Notes: generated by a model from the sequence alone, not told the origin. DNA of 64,000 nucleotides from Macrostomum lignano (GCA_002269645.1 NIVC01000989.1:62001-126000), one strand, 5' to 3'; shown: positions 13,765 to 26,489, numbered from the stretch's first letter. Numbers and translations are program-made.

Positions 13765-14660
13765 GCTATCACCTATTTAGCTCCTAGCTATGACCTGTTT
13801 GTCTCCTAGCAATGACTCTTTTGGCTCCTAGCTATGACATATTTGTCTCCTAGCTATGACTCTTTTGGCTCCTAGCTATGACATATTTGTCTCCTAGCTA
13901 TGACTCTTTTGGCTCCTAGCTATGACCCTTCTAGCTTCTATGACCCACCTAACTCCTAGCTATGAACCATTTAGCTCCTAGCTATGACCTATTTAGCTCC
14001 TAGCTATGAACCATTTGGCTCCTAGCTTTGTCCTATTTAGCTTCTAGCTATGACCCATTTAGCTCCTAGCTATGACCCATTTAGCTCCTAGCTATGACAT
14101 ATTTAGCTCCTAGCTATGACCCATTTAGCTCCTAGCTATGACCCATTTAGCTCCTAGCTATGACCCATTTAGCTCCTAGCTATGACCTATTTAGCTCCTA
14201 GCTATGACCCATTTAGCTCCTAGCTATGACCCATTTAGCTCCTTGCTATGACCTATTTAGCTCCTAGCTATGACCCATTTAGCTCCTAGCTATGACCCAT
14301 TTAGCTCCTTGCTATGACCTATTTAGCTCCTAGCTATGACCCATTTAGCTCCTAGCTATGACCCATTTAGCTCCTAGCTTTGACCCATTTAGCTCCAAAC
14401 TATGACCCATTTAGCTCCTAACTATGACCCATTTAGCTCCTAGCTATGACCTATTTAGCTCCTAGCTATGACCCATTTAGCTCCTAGCTATGACCCATTT
14501 AGCTCCTTGCTATGACCTATTTAGCTCCTAGCTATGACCCATTTAGCTCCTTACTATGACCCATTTAGCTCCTAGCTTTGACCTATTTAGCTCCTAATTA
14601 CAAATAATCGAAATCCCGGCTATGACCCATTTAGCTACTAGCTATGACCCATTTAGCTAC
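13765..14660. repeat. Minisatellite, 22-bp unit, ~38 copies
   Basis: Unit TAGCTATGACCCATTTAGCTCC; between CCT5 and GET4. Confidence 0.97.
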
Positions 14661-14876
14661 TAGCAGTAACTTATCTAACTCGTCAAAAACTAATAGCCAT
14701 GACCCACCCTGGGCTGCACATTGTTTTGCTCTATTAAGTAGTAAAAATGTTGCTACTAATTTCGATCAACAAATTTCTTCTGGCGTTTGTGAATAATTGT
14801 GAAACTCACTCAAATTGCGTCTCAATCTTAACGAGATAATCAAACTAGAAGAAGAAGACAGCTGCCAACAGCTTAC

Positions 14877-16590
14877 ATGACTCTTCGACTGCAGGCCAGA
14901 CTAGCTGATGCCCTGGCTTCGGGTGAATTTTATGAAGCTCAGCAGCTTTACAGGACGCTCAGTTTCAGATTGACAGCTCGCGGCCAATATGACGAAGCGG
15001 CCAGTCTGCTGTACAACGGCGCCACAGCTTTACTAAACGAAGGTCTGCACGAAAGTGGCGGCGATCTGGCCTGCCAGATGGTGGCAGCGCAGGCCAAATC
15101 CACTGCCGAGCCGCCTAGCGCAGAGTTTGTCAGCCGGGTGTCCGCTCTGTGCAGACTGATGAAGCCGGGCTCGCCAGAGAGGGAAATGCTCACTGCTAAG
15201 TGAGTAGTATGACTGATTTTTTATTCTGCTAAAAATACTTTCTTCTGTCACTTAAATCATCTTATGATCATCTTATGATCATATCTTATGATCTTAAATC
15301 ATCTCTGACCCATTATCATCATCTTATGACCCACTATGCTAGTCATCTCATGACCCATTATTATCATCTCATGACCCACTACGATATTCATCTCATGACT
15401 CACTATGATAGTCATCTCATGACCCACTATGATAGTCATCTCATGACCCACTATGATAATTATCTCATGACCCACTATGATAGTCATCTCATGACCCACT
15501 ATGATTGTCATCTTATGACCCACTATGATAGTCATCTTATGACCCGTCATAACATCCATCTCATGACTCACTATGATAATCATCTCGTGACTTACTATGA
15601 TAGTCATCTCATGACCCATTATTATCATCTCATGACCCGCTATGATTGTCATCTTATGACCAGCCATGATATCCATCTCTATGACCCACTATGATAGTCA
15701 TCTCATGACCCACTATGATAGTCATCTCATGAACCGCCATGATAGTCATCTCATGACCCACTATGATAGTCATCTCATGAACCGCCATGATAGTCATCTC
15801 ATGACCCACTATGATAGTCAACGAATCCCATTTGCAATTGTCAATCATTACCAAATCAACCACATTCGCATAACGTTACAGTTTCAAGTACATTGCATGC
15901 GACACTGTTTCCATAAGCTATAATCTGCATAATTCTTTAATCCTACTCAGATCCATCGAACTACTGAAGCCTCATCAGGAATTAAAGCAACAATTGCACC
16001 GAGAATTCGGATTCAATTATTGGATTGAACGAAACTACAGCCTGTCCCAGTATCATTTTGTACGATCTAGCGATGCCGGCTATCATTTCGGTCGCATGCT
16101 AGTGGAGTACAGTCAGTTAGGTTACAAATCCGAGGTGGACTTGTTCCTTGCCCTCACCGTGTTGCAATTGTTGTGCTTAAAAAAGCTATCGCCAGCATCC
16201 GTGTGCTTCTACACGTACACTCGACATCATCCGAGTCTGCTTAGGACTCAAGCGCCGCCTTATCCGTCAAATTATCCGTTGTTAAATTTCACCTGGCTAT
16301 TATTAATGTCTATTCGTTCCAATTGGCCGCTGTCGTGTTTTCAATACCTGTGCCAGGTGTACAGGGCACCGCTAGATCGGGATCCAATCTGTGGTGAATA
16401 TCTCATCAAAATTAGTCAGCTTTTCTTCGGCGTACCAGCTGAGAAGACTGACCAGTCTGGTGGATTCTTTGGTAGTATTATGCGAATGCTCGCTACTGAT
16501 GATGCGGCTCTGGATGCTGAGGATGCGGAGGGGTCGGATCCCGGCGCCAACCACAATGCTGTCTCGTTGAAGGCTGACGATATGGACTGA
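14877..16590 (+). CDS. GET4: Golgi to ER traffic protein 4 (BAG6/GET pathway), 320 aa
   Basis: Exons 14877-15199 and 15951-16590 (GCTAA|gtgagt..ctcag|ATCC) total 963 nt in frame. Motifs: GEFYEAQQLYRTL, NYSLSQYHF, SEVDLF..VLQLLCLK, PLLNFTWLLL, YLIKISQLFFGVP. Confidence 0.93.
15260..15820. repeat. Minisatellite, 24-bp unit
   Basis: Unit CATCTCATGACCCACTATGATAGT; GET4 intron. Confidence 0.95.
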
Positions 16591-16709
16591 GTGCGAATGC
16601 CTAGTTGAACTTGCGCTGTTTAGTTGCTTGGATTCCTTTCTGGGTGAATGCTTGTTTTATAGTTTATTCTTGACAATACCTCGTATTTCATCTTTGTTGT
16701 TTACTCAAA

Positions 16710-17335
16710 GCCAGCCTCCCAGATCCTCAGTTGCTGGGCCAGCCTCCCAGATCCTCAGTTGCTGAGCCAGCCTCCCAGAGTGTCAGTTGCTGGGCCAGCC
16801 TCCCAGATCCTCAGTTGCTGGGCCAGCCTCCCAGAGTGTCAGTTGCTGGGCCAGCCTCCCAGATCCTCAGTTGCTGGGCCAGCCTCCCAGAGTGTCAGTT
16901 GCTGGGCCAGCCTCCCAGATCCTCAGTTGCTGTGCCAGCCTCCCAGATCCTCAGTTGCTAAGTCAGCCTCCCAAATTCTCAGATGCTAGGCCAGCCTCCC
17001 AGATCCTCGGTTGCTGGGCTAGCCTCCCAGGTCCTCACTTGCTGGGCCAGCCTCCCAGATCCTCAGTTGCTAGGCCAGCCTCCCAGATCCTCAGTTGCTG
17101 AGCCAGCCTCCCAGATCCTCAATTGCTAAGTCAGCCTCCCAAATTCTCACTTGCTGGACCAGCCTCCCAGATCCTCAGTTGCTGGGGCAGCCTCCCAGAT
17201 CCTCAGTTGCTGGGCCAGTCTCCCAGATCCTCAGTTGCTGGGCCAGCCTCCCAGATCCTCAGTTGCTGGGCCAGCCTCCCAGGTCCTCACTTGCTGGGCT
17301 AGCTTCCCAGGTCCTCGGTTGCTGGACCAGCCTCA
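16710..17335 (+). repeat. Minisatellite, 28-bp unit (array A), ~22 copies
   Basis: Unit GCTGGGCCAGCCTCCCAGATCCTCAGTT, with variant ..CCCAGAGTGTCAGTT; downstream of the GET4 stop. Confidence 0.97.
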
Positions 17336-17944
17336 GAACTTACTTATGATGGTTTACTTTTAGTTTTCACGATAGAATTTAAGACAAATCGGTTATCTTT
17401 AGTTACTGAAAACAGTAACAATTATCATCGAAATTGATACCCAATTCGGAATATTAATATAAAGCGATTTTATCTATAAACTCATCTTAAGCAGCATCAG
17501 TAATCTTTTTTGTAATAACTATTTAATTTAAGCCTTAGCTGTACTTGTTAGTTTCGTAAATAGATTTATTTGTGTATGTTAAGTCTCTTCGACCAGTTTA
17601 GGTCTGCCCTGTATTAATGTCAGCGCGTCGAGAGAAGCACGAGAAAAAATGCGTTTTCTTTTCATTTTAAATGCAGAAATTGTCGACTTGGACAGTTCTG
17701 CAATCGCTTTTTTTGCGTTGAGCAGCGGTTTTTGAATAAACTGTTCAGTTATTCCGGTTTTGGAGTTTCCTTCATGATGCGTGTTCCTCTACCAAATATT
17801 TTGCCCAAGCTGTCATTATTTAATGATTTGATCTCCAGCTAAGCTTTGTTTATAATCAGAGTGTAGCTATTCAGTGTTCCGAGCTTCGAGTAATTCTAAA
17901 ACTGCAACTACACCAATTTTCTGAAAATTAAACTAAAAATTGAC

Positions 17945-18375
17945 TATAAACTACACTAAAAAAACGACTATAAACTACGAGCGTACACCGAATATCCGCT
18001 ATAAGCTGCGCCGAGTATCCGCCATAAACTACACCGAATATCCGCCATAAACTACACCGAATATCCGCCATAAACTACACCGAATATCCGCCATAAACTA
18101 CACCGAATATCCGCCATAAACTACACCGAATATCCGCCATAAACTACACCGAATATCCGCCATAAACTACACCGAATATCCGCCATAAACCACACCGAAT
18201 ATCCGCCATAAACTACACAATATCTATCATAAAATTACACCGAATATCCGCCATAAACCACACCGAATATCCGCCATAAACCACACCGAATATCCGCCAT
18301 AAACTACACAATATCTATCATAAAATTACACCGAATATCCGCCATAAACCACACCGAATATCCGCCATAAACTGC
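17945..18375. repeat. Minisatellite, 23-bp unit, ~16 copies
   Basis: Unit TAAACTACACCGAATATCCGCCA. Confidence 0.95.
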
Positions 18376-20132
18376 ACGAAATTCTAAGTGCTCCGAAGCT
18401 CGAATGGGCACTGAAATTTTCTTATACTCGTAAAATGCCCTAAAGAACTTCTGTGAAAGTAAATGTCCCCTATGAATTGTTCCGAGAATCACTTACTGTA
18501 TATGACAGACTCGTTAATAATTATTCATTAACCAAGTCAAATTGAATTAACAAAAGCTAGTATTTATGCTATTATAAATTTAGTTTATCGTGTATTTGAG
18601 TCTTGAGAACAAACAGTGTGAGTATGCATAGTAATTTGATAGTTAGTGTCACAAGAAAATTTCTCGATTTCACTGTATGATTATATCTTGTACTTCTTTG
18701 ACTGTTAGAGAAGCAACATGATTAAGCCAGAACAGTATTTTAGTAACAATCATAATAGATAATAAAAATTCAGATTTTTAAAATAAAAAAAGTACCCAAA
18801 AATAATTACAGCAGCTTTTCTAAGAAATGACTTACTTCTCATGGAACGGCGAGACTTAAAAATATTCAAATTGCACAAAAGCTTGAAAAATATAAATTAT
18901 TTGTCATAAAATATTGTATGCTTTGATTACTTATATAAAATGTGTTTTATATTCTTGTTACTCTGTAAAATGTGTAGATGTCAATTATTTAACTGTATAC
19001 TTAATAGATACTTAATATGTAATCACAGACGCCACTAACAGTTATAAGAATGGATGACAAAGTGACAAATAGTTTAATAGCAGCTTATAAGTCATAATGG
19101 AAGATGCAATTATGATTTCTGATGTTTAAAAGTAAAAATAGTATTTTTGTCTATGGCCAAAAACATGAACAACAACATGGCTATGTCCTCAATATTTCTT
19201 TTAAAATCCAGTTTGTACTGGTAAGTGAAGAAGCCAAAGCAGTTGAAGAGTCAAAAGTACTAATTATGCAATAACGATTGCGTAATGCGCTCTGCATATA
19301 GAGAAATTACAAACAGCTGTTATCAACTGGCCAGTGACTTTTTTAAGGATGTTTTTTACCAAGTAACTTGTATTCCGTGGGATCAGAGAATTGCACAAAA
19401 ATATGAGTACAAAATTGGCTCATTTTTCCAAGAAGAATACATATATCTGATGCAGCTTTGTATCGACGCTAATAGCCTGATTAGCTTAGCCAAAAGACAA
19501 TACGTCTTTAGCTGTCAGACCTTCAATCTGCATATCTAATTCCAAGTAAACTATCCATTTCGGAAAAATGAAACAAAAAATACAAATTTGCACGCATGAT
19601 GGACTAGGGGCCACAACATTCGAGTAGCAAATACAATTTTCAGCTACAGTACTATTTATGATTGATCTAGTTAGTTGCTATAAACTACTCAAAAACAGCA
19701 AGCATGGTAAATAGTGTGCATATAAAGTACAATTGCAAAATAGTATAGGCATGCTTAATTATTTATATTGCACTGAGATAGCAGTCAACATATATGTAGC
19801 TACGCTACCTGTAATACATTTCTACTATTGCTTGAAACCTTAATCTTGAGTGCTAATATTTTATATACATATTCAAATTTTAATTGCAAGTTCATAATAA
19901 TTTGGTTTTATACATCTATATTTACTACTGTATATTAAGCTTATGTACCCTGAAGATCACTGAACCTCTCAGAACGGACCAACCTCAAGCACACAGTTCT
20001 GTACTGTCATCTTAGTCCAAGAATAAGAAACTCAACTTTGGAACAACCTTGAATCGAAATTCCTACCTCTAAACTTCTAATTGGAATATATCGTTCGATT
20101 GGAATATAATAGAAGCTGGGTCCGCACCTGCA

Positions 20133-23100
20133 TTATGCAATCAAACACTTTGAACGTTTCCGATGCCTCAACTTTCTCACCGGCTTGAGCACACAGATTC
20201 GTCGCCTAGTGCACACCAGGATTTTGTCCTCGCCCAGCGGCGCTATCCCAGTGATCTCGTCCAGCTCCTGCAGAAACTGCAGCCGCTGGACGAAAATGAA
20301 CTCGCTCCTTCTGATCACCCAGAACAGCCTCTGGCGCTGGTTATCCGTGAAGATAATTCTCTTGTCGCTTGTAGTGATGATATGCGCCGGTACTGAATCA
20401 AAGATCTGAGTTGTTGTCAGCTTTCTGTACACTCCGGTTCTGTCATTCACAATCAGGATGTGACCTTCTGCTGGGCAGGAGACCCACAGCATCTTGCGCT
20501 CGCGTGTCCAGGTGACGTACTGCGGATGCAGATTCTCGAATGTGAACCAGTGCCCCGTGCGGCCCAGGCAGGGGGTGAAGAACTCCACTTTCTGATCCGA
20601 CGGCTGCGCCACCACCATGTCGCCGCGTCGACTGTCGACGAAGAAACCGGCAAACAGCGGCTCGTCTCTGCTGCCACCGGGCCGTTCGATCCGTTTGACC
20701 ACCTGACCGTCCAGCTGCAGACAGGCGACCACGGATAGCCAGCCAGTTGGGGCTCCCGTGGAGTCTGCAGCTTGCTGCTGCTGCTGCTGCTGAGCCACTC
20801 CGCTGACATAAACCAGACCGTTCACCAGCCGCATGTGATGGCACTGCAGCCTGCCTCCCGGGTTCGAATCTCCAATCAGCACCGGCAGGTCTTTGATTTG
20901 GCCTTCCTGGCTAGAATAGACTAGCAGCGATCTTGAGCAGCTGTTCAGCAGCACCAGCTCCGCCTGGTCAGTTGAGCCATCCGCGTCAGCCAGCAGTCCG
21001 GCCGCACCGATCTCCAGTTCGCCGCGAGTCGATTGGAGCAGCTCGGCGCAGGTTCCCATGTCGATCTCCTTCATCTTGTAGCTGCTATTTCGCTTCATAT
21101 TGTGCCTGATGAAGCTCAGATCCAGGGCGTCCTCAGCATCCGAGCTGTCGCTGCCGCCGCCGCCACCGCCGCCGCTGCCGCCTCGAATTTCGTCAAGATC
21201 GACATCGTTGAGGTGGTCGTTGACGGTCGGGTAGCGAGCTGCGGCAGCGGACGCGGCAGCGGACGCGGCGCCGAACTGATGATGATGCTGGTGCGCTCCA
21301 GCTGTCGCCGCCTCCATTGCGTCCTGCAGTTTCTGCGAGCGACTCTCCGCGTCGTCCAGCCGAGTGATCAACTTGTTGAGATTCTCGCGCACCGCCAGCA
21401 GCTCGGCCTTGTCGAATTCGCTCATCAGCGACATGCCGGCGCCGCCGCCAAGACCGCCGGCTCCGACCTCCTCAGAGCGTCGGACAAAATCCTCGGCCAG
21501 ATGGGCCAGGATCTCCTGCTTGCGCTCCAGGCTGCGCTTCCGGCTCCCGCCGCCGCCGCTGCCGCCGCTGAAGACGCCGCTGCTTCGACCTCTCGGACTG
21601 CCGATGCTCGAGGCGACTGCGGCAGCGGCGGCTGCGGCGGCGGCTGCGGCAGCAACTGCCGCAGTAGCTCCACCCTCAGTTGAGGCCTCTCCGCCGCTGC
21701 CGCTGCCACGGCTGCCGCCGCCGCCAGGTAACTGCAGCCGGCGACACTGCCTGTCTACAATGTACTTGATGATCGACTGGTGCACATGCGCCGGCGGCAG
21801 GCAGCGCAGACCCCCCGCTGGTAGTCTGGCTTCAACGCGGCATAGTGGACAGGGGAATCTGTCTCTGCTAGGCTGCTGGCTGTCCCACTTCTCCAGGCAG
21901 GTGAGGCAGAACACGTGAGAACAGGTGAGCAGTTTGGGCTCGAGCAGACGGCCCAGGTGAATCGGGCAGGTGGTCAGCTCTTCCAGGGATTCGATGCTGC
22001 CGCTGCTAGAGGACGAACTGGCGCAGCTGGGCTGCAAGTAAGACCATAGACGTAAGGGGTTACAGGGTTGATAATATTGAGTTACTATTGAGTAGCTCAG
22101 CGATAATTTTGCACTAAGAAATTGGCTAACCAACTGAAACAAGCTACTTAGTTATTCCCGGTTGTAAGTAGTATCTGATATGATACGAGCCATTTGGTTA
22201 ATTGTTCTTTGCCTGCTTGTATACTCTTTAATGATCCAAAGATCTCATACTCTCGTAGAAGATAGAGGAATGAGGAATAGAAAATTTGGTTGTGGTTGAG
22301 AAGTTTCTTCTCTATTGATTTTTATTTATAACTTTGACAGAGATTATATTAGATGTCATCAATTCCCGATACTGGAACTGGGGATCTGGAACTGGGGATC
22401 TGGAACTGGGGATCCGGAACTGGGGATCCGGAACTGGGGATCCGGAACTGGGGATCCGGAACTGGGGACCTGGAACTAGGGATCTGGAACTGGGAATCTG
22501 GAACTGGGGATCTGGAACTGGGGATCTGGAACTGGGGATCTGGAACTGGGGATCCGGAACTGGGGATCCGGAACTGGGGATCCGGAACTGGGGACCTGGA
22601 AATAGGGATCTGGAACTGGGGACCTGGAACTGGGGATCTGGAACTGGGGATCTGGAACTGGGGATCTGGAACTGGGGACCTGGAACTGGGGATCTGGAAC
22701 TGGGAATCTGAAACTGGGGATCTGGAACTGGGGATCTGGAACTGTTGATCTGGAAGTGGGGACCTGGAACTGGGGATCTGGAACTAGGGATCTGGAAGTG
22801 GGGATCTGGAACTGGGGATCTGGAACTGGGGATCTGGAACTGTTGATCTGGAAGTGGGGATCTGGAACTGGATCTAACTGGGGATCTGGAACTAGGGATC
22901 TGGAACTAGGGATCTGGAACTGGGGATCTGGAACTGGGGATCTGGAACTGGGGACCTGGAACTAAGGATATGGAACTGGGGATCTGGAACTGGGGATCTG
23001 GAACTGTTGATCTGGAAGTGGGGACCTGGAATTGGGGATCTGGAACTGGGGATCTGGAACTAGGGATCTGGAACTGGGGACCTGGAACTAGGGATCTGGA

Positions 23101-26100
23101 ACTGGGGATCTGGAACTGGGGACCTGGAACTGGGGACCTGGAACTGGGGACCTGGAACTGGGGACCTGGAACTAGGGATCTGGAACTGGGGATCTGGAAC
23201 TGGATCTAACTGGGGATCTGGATCTAGAAAAGAAATTACTTTTCCTATCTTGGACAGCTGCTGCTAGGAATTTAGGATTTTCGCATGCTCATGCTACTAA
23301 ATCAGCTTGTAAATAGTAGTGCACGGAACAAGATTGCAAGGTAGAAATGTGTCCTGCCAGAGGAAGCGCAGCACGCAGACACCATTAATTAGGAATGCAA
23401 TGTTTTGTATTCAATATGTATCAGACAGCCATATAAAGCATAAACATGCTTGTAATTTAATAGCTACATTCTGAGAGTAAATGAACGCCTTCAAACTCTT
23501 ATAACGAGACTATCGTTAGAGCTTGTTAACTAAAGCCATTAGCCGGAGCTGTTGTGTTGAATGCTTGTCTAATTGGAGAACATAAGAGAGACTATCGACA
23601 CTGTGCATGTTGCATGAACTCTATTCTCAAGGCTCAACTTGGCCTTTTTTCTCACAGTTTTTTTCTTTAGATTGATGAAGAGTTACATGCAGCCTACAAA
23701 GAAACCGGTTTTTACCAGCTACCTACTACACGTACTAAACAGTTTACATAGTACATAGTAAACTTGAAATGAGATGGTCTGCAGCAAAGAGCATGCGAAA
23801 CTCTCTCTATGTGTATGTTTTTGGTACTGAATATAGAAATTATTCTCTACATTTATTGGAGAGACCAAACTCTGTTTACCCGAGCTCTGCACTGCAACTT
23901 TGTATTGATTCTTCCCACGAGTCGATGCAACAGAAGCGGCAGTGCGTGGACAATATATATTCCACACGTTTCGTTTGATTGAGTTTTCTGTGTGCGTGCG
24001 TGTGCCGATTCTGTTTTGTGTATGATATTTTCGTTATTTATGTACTTTTGCAACTGAAGTGAGACGAGAGAGAGGAGGGAGATGGAAAGGAAGAGAAGGG
24101 ATAGTGAAGAGAGAGAGAAGAGGAGAGGGAATCAAGAGAATGCAGGAGAGAAGGAGAAAGGGAAGGGAGAGAAGGAAAGAGAAGGGAGGAGAAGGGCGAG
24201 ATAGAAGAGAGAGAAGGAAAGACAGAAGGGACAGAATGGAGAGAGAATATGGAGAGAAGGGGAGAGAATCATGAGAAGGGGAGAAGGGGAAAGAGAAGGA
24301 AAGAGAGAAGGGAAATAAGACGAGAGAGTATTGAGAGAAGGGGAGAAAGAAGGGAGAGAATGGGAGAAAGAAAGAGAGAAAAGGGAGAGAGAGAAGGGAG
24401 GGAAGAGAGAGAAAAGGAAGAGAGAGAAGGGAGGGAAGGGATAGAAAAGGGAGAGAGAGAGAAGGGAGGGAAGGGAGAGAAAAGGGAGAGAGAGAGAAGG
24501 GAGGGAAGGGAGAGAAAAGGGAGAGAGAGAAGGGAGAGAAAAGGAAGAGAGAGAAGGGAGGGAATTGGGAAAGAAGGGGCAGAGGGGATCGAGGAGGGAC
24601 AAAAGGGAGGGAATTGGGAAAGAAGGGACAGAGGGGAGAGAAGAGAGCAAAGGGAGGGAATTGGGAAAGAAGGGACAGAGGGGAGAGAAGAGAGCAAAGA
24701 GAGGGACGAGAACACAATGGAACAGAATCCAGCTTTACCAGCTCAAATAAATATCAGTGTGCAGCAAGCAGTGTTAGCAACTGAAACGCATGCAGTGCTT
24801 ATAGATTTTTAAAAACTAATTCTAACTGATATAGACAGTATAAAAACAGAACCTATAGCTACATGTAATTTTTTACAGGTATAGACAAGCACTTGGCTTG
24901 AATTCAGCGATATACTCGCGTAGTTACAATCGAAACAATAGCAAACAAATTCTACCTAGATATAGAATTGAACTCTAACCCGAAGCGCTGTTCTGCGTGT
25001 GCTATAGCTAGAACTGATAAGAATTCCCCTACAAGTCCAACTCTTGTCTCTCATTTTTGTCTGTTCCTCCCTTCTCTGCCCTCTTCTAAAAGAAGATTGC
25101 AGAAATAAAAAACTAATCTGTGTGTTTGTGTGTGTGTGCGTCTGCATTGCGGTGACCCCGTCAGCCCTTTGGTATCAGCAAATTTCAATGCACAATGGAC
25201 TTGCTTTAAGAAAAGAAAAGAAAAGACTGCAGAAACCCGAATGAACTATAACAGGCTTTGGTTAAACAACTTCTGCTTATTCAGGTTGGATCAGGGGAAT
25301 TCAGGTTGGATTAGGGGAATTCTGGTTGGATTGGGGGAATTCAGTTTGGATCGGGGGAATTCTGGTTGGATCGGGGGAATTCTGGTTGGATCGGGGGAAT
25401 TCTGGTTGGATCGGGGGAATTCTGGTTGGATTGGGGGAATTCTGGTTGGATTGGGGGAATTCTGGTTGGATTGGGGGAATTCAGTTTGGATCGGGGGAAT
25501 TCTGGTTGGATCAGGGGAATTCAGGTTGGATTGGGGGAATTCTGGTTGGATCGGGGGAATTCTAGTTGGATTGGGGGAATTCTGGTTGGATCAGGGGAAT
25601 TCAGGTTGGATCAGGGGAATTCAGGTTGGATTGGGGGAATTCTGGTTGGATTGGGGGAATTCTGGTTGGATTGGGGGAATTCTGGTTGGATCAGGGGAAT
25701 TCAGGTTGGATTGGGGGAATTCAGGTTGAGTTGGAGGAATTTAGATTAAATTTGGGGGGCTTCAGATTGAATCGGAGGGAATTCAGATTGAACCGAGGGA
25801 ATCGAGATTGAACTATGGGAATTCAGATTGAACCCGGGGAGTTCAGATTGAACCCGGGGAGTTCAGATTGAACCGGGGGAATTCAAATTGAACCGAGGGA
25901 ATTCAGATTGAACCGGGGGAATTCAGATGGAACCGGGAGAATTCAGATTGAACCGGGAGAATTAATATTAAACTGGAGGGATCATTCAATTTGAACCGAG
26001 GGAATTAAGAATGAATTTTGATAAATTAAACTACTTGAAGAATTTACCGCAATCCTTTATAGTACCGTTAAGAAGGTTCCGAAGAGTATAAATGAAAATA

Positions 26101-26228
26101 CCCCCTTAGCAACCAGATTAACATAGCAGAATAGCAAGCATAGAGTGGTAGCCATCATCTACCTGATCGCAGACGCAGGACGTTGAAGAGCCAGCTGCAT
26201 CATCCGCGGCTTCGCAATCGCTTTCCAT
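20133..26228 (-). CDS. RING-finger + coiled-coil + NHL-like beta-propeller protein with C-terminal polybasic-CaaX; putative E3 ligase, 654 aa
   Basis: Exon 26228-26163 ([22 protein letters not shown], donor CAG|gtagat) joins in phase 0 to acceptor ttacttgcag|CCC at 22031; the frame is open to TAA at 20133. [21 protein letters not shown] lies at 21968-21840, followed by a heptad segment and repeated beta-blade-like segments (e.g. [33 protein letters not shown]). Confidence 0.85.
22371..23225. repeat. Minisatellite, 14-bp unit, ~60 copies
   Basis: Unit GGAACTGGGGATCT; RING-gene intron. Confidence 0.97.
24060..24710. repeat. Polypurine (GA-rich) tract
   Basis: About 650 bp almost entirely G/A; RING-gene intron. 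Confidence 0.95.
25283..25960. repeat. Minisatellite, 20-bp unit
   Basis: Unit GGTTGGATTGGGGGAATTCT, grading into AGATTGAACCGGGGGAATTC. Confidence 0.95.
26163..26228 (-). CDS. Predicted first coding exon of the RING-propeller gene (absent from the ORF track)
   Basis: A CpG-rich 66-nt ATG-to-donor segment in an otherwise repeat/AT-rich intron; its phase matches the acceptor at 22031. An upstream acceptor-like ttctctatacacag near 26300 suggests a 5'UTR intron. Confidence 0.7.
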
Positions 26229-26489
26229 GGGTTGTCCAGCGGCGGCAGAAACGTGAAATTGTATTAAATTTTAATTTATTCACCGCCCTCTCTAAATCTG
26301 TGTATAGAGAACTGACCTCTAAAACTACCTTATCCCCCTGTGATCGGGATCCCTGATGGTGAAATTCAAATTAGTACCCAGGTTATATAAGGGAGGGACT
26401 TAAAAATGAAGACAGGGCAACTGAGGACAGCTCGGGGACTGTACTAATCTTTCCCAAGCTCCCAAGAGTTTTTCTTCCCAAATTTATGC

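Noticed and set aside
22032-22142. ORF-track start (MFQLVSQ...) for the RING protein
   Set aside because: The segment is AT-rich and ends in a good acceptor (ttacttgcag); an in-phase upstream ATG exon exists at 26228-26163.
24034-24812. R/E/G-rich and S/L/P/F-rich ORFs
   Set aside because: Translations of the polypurine tract on each strand.
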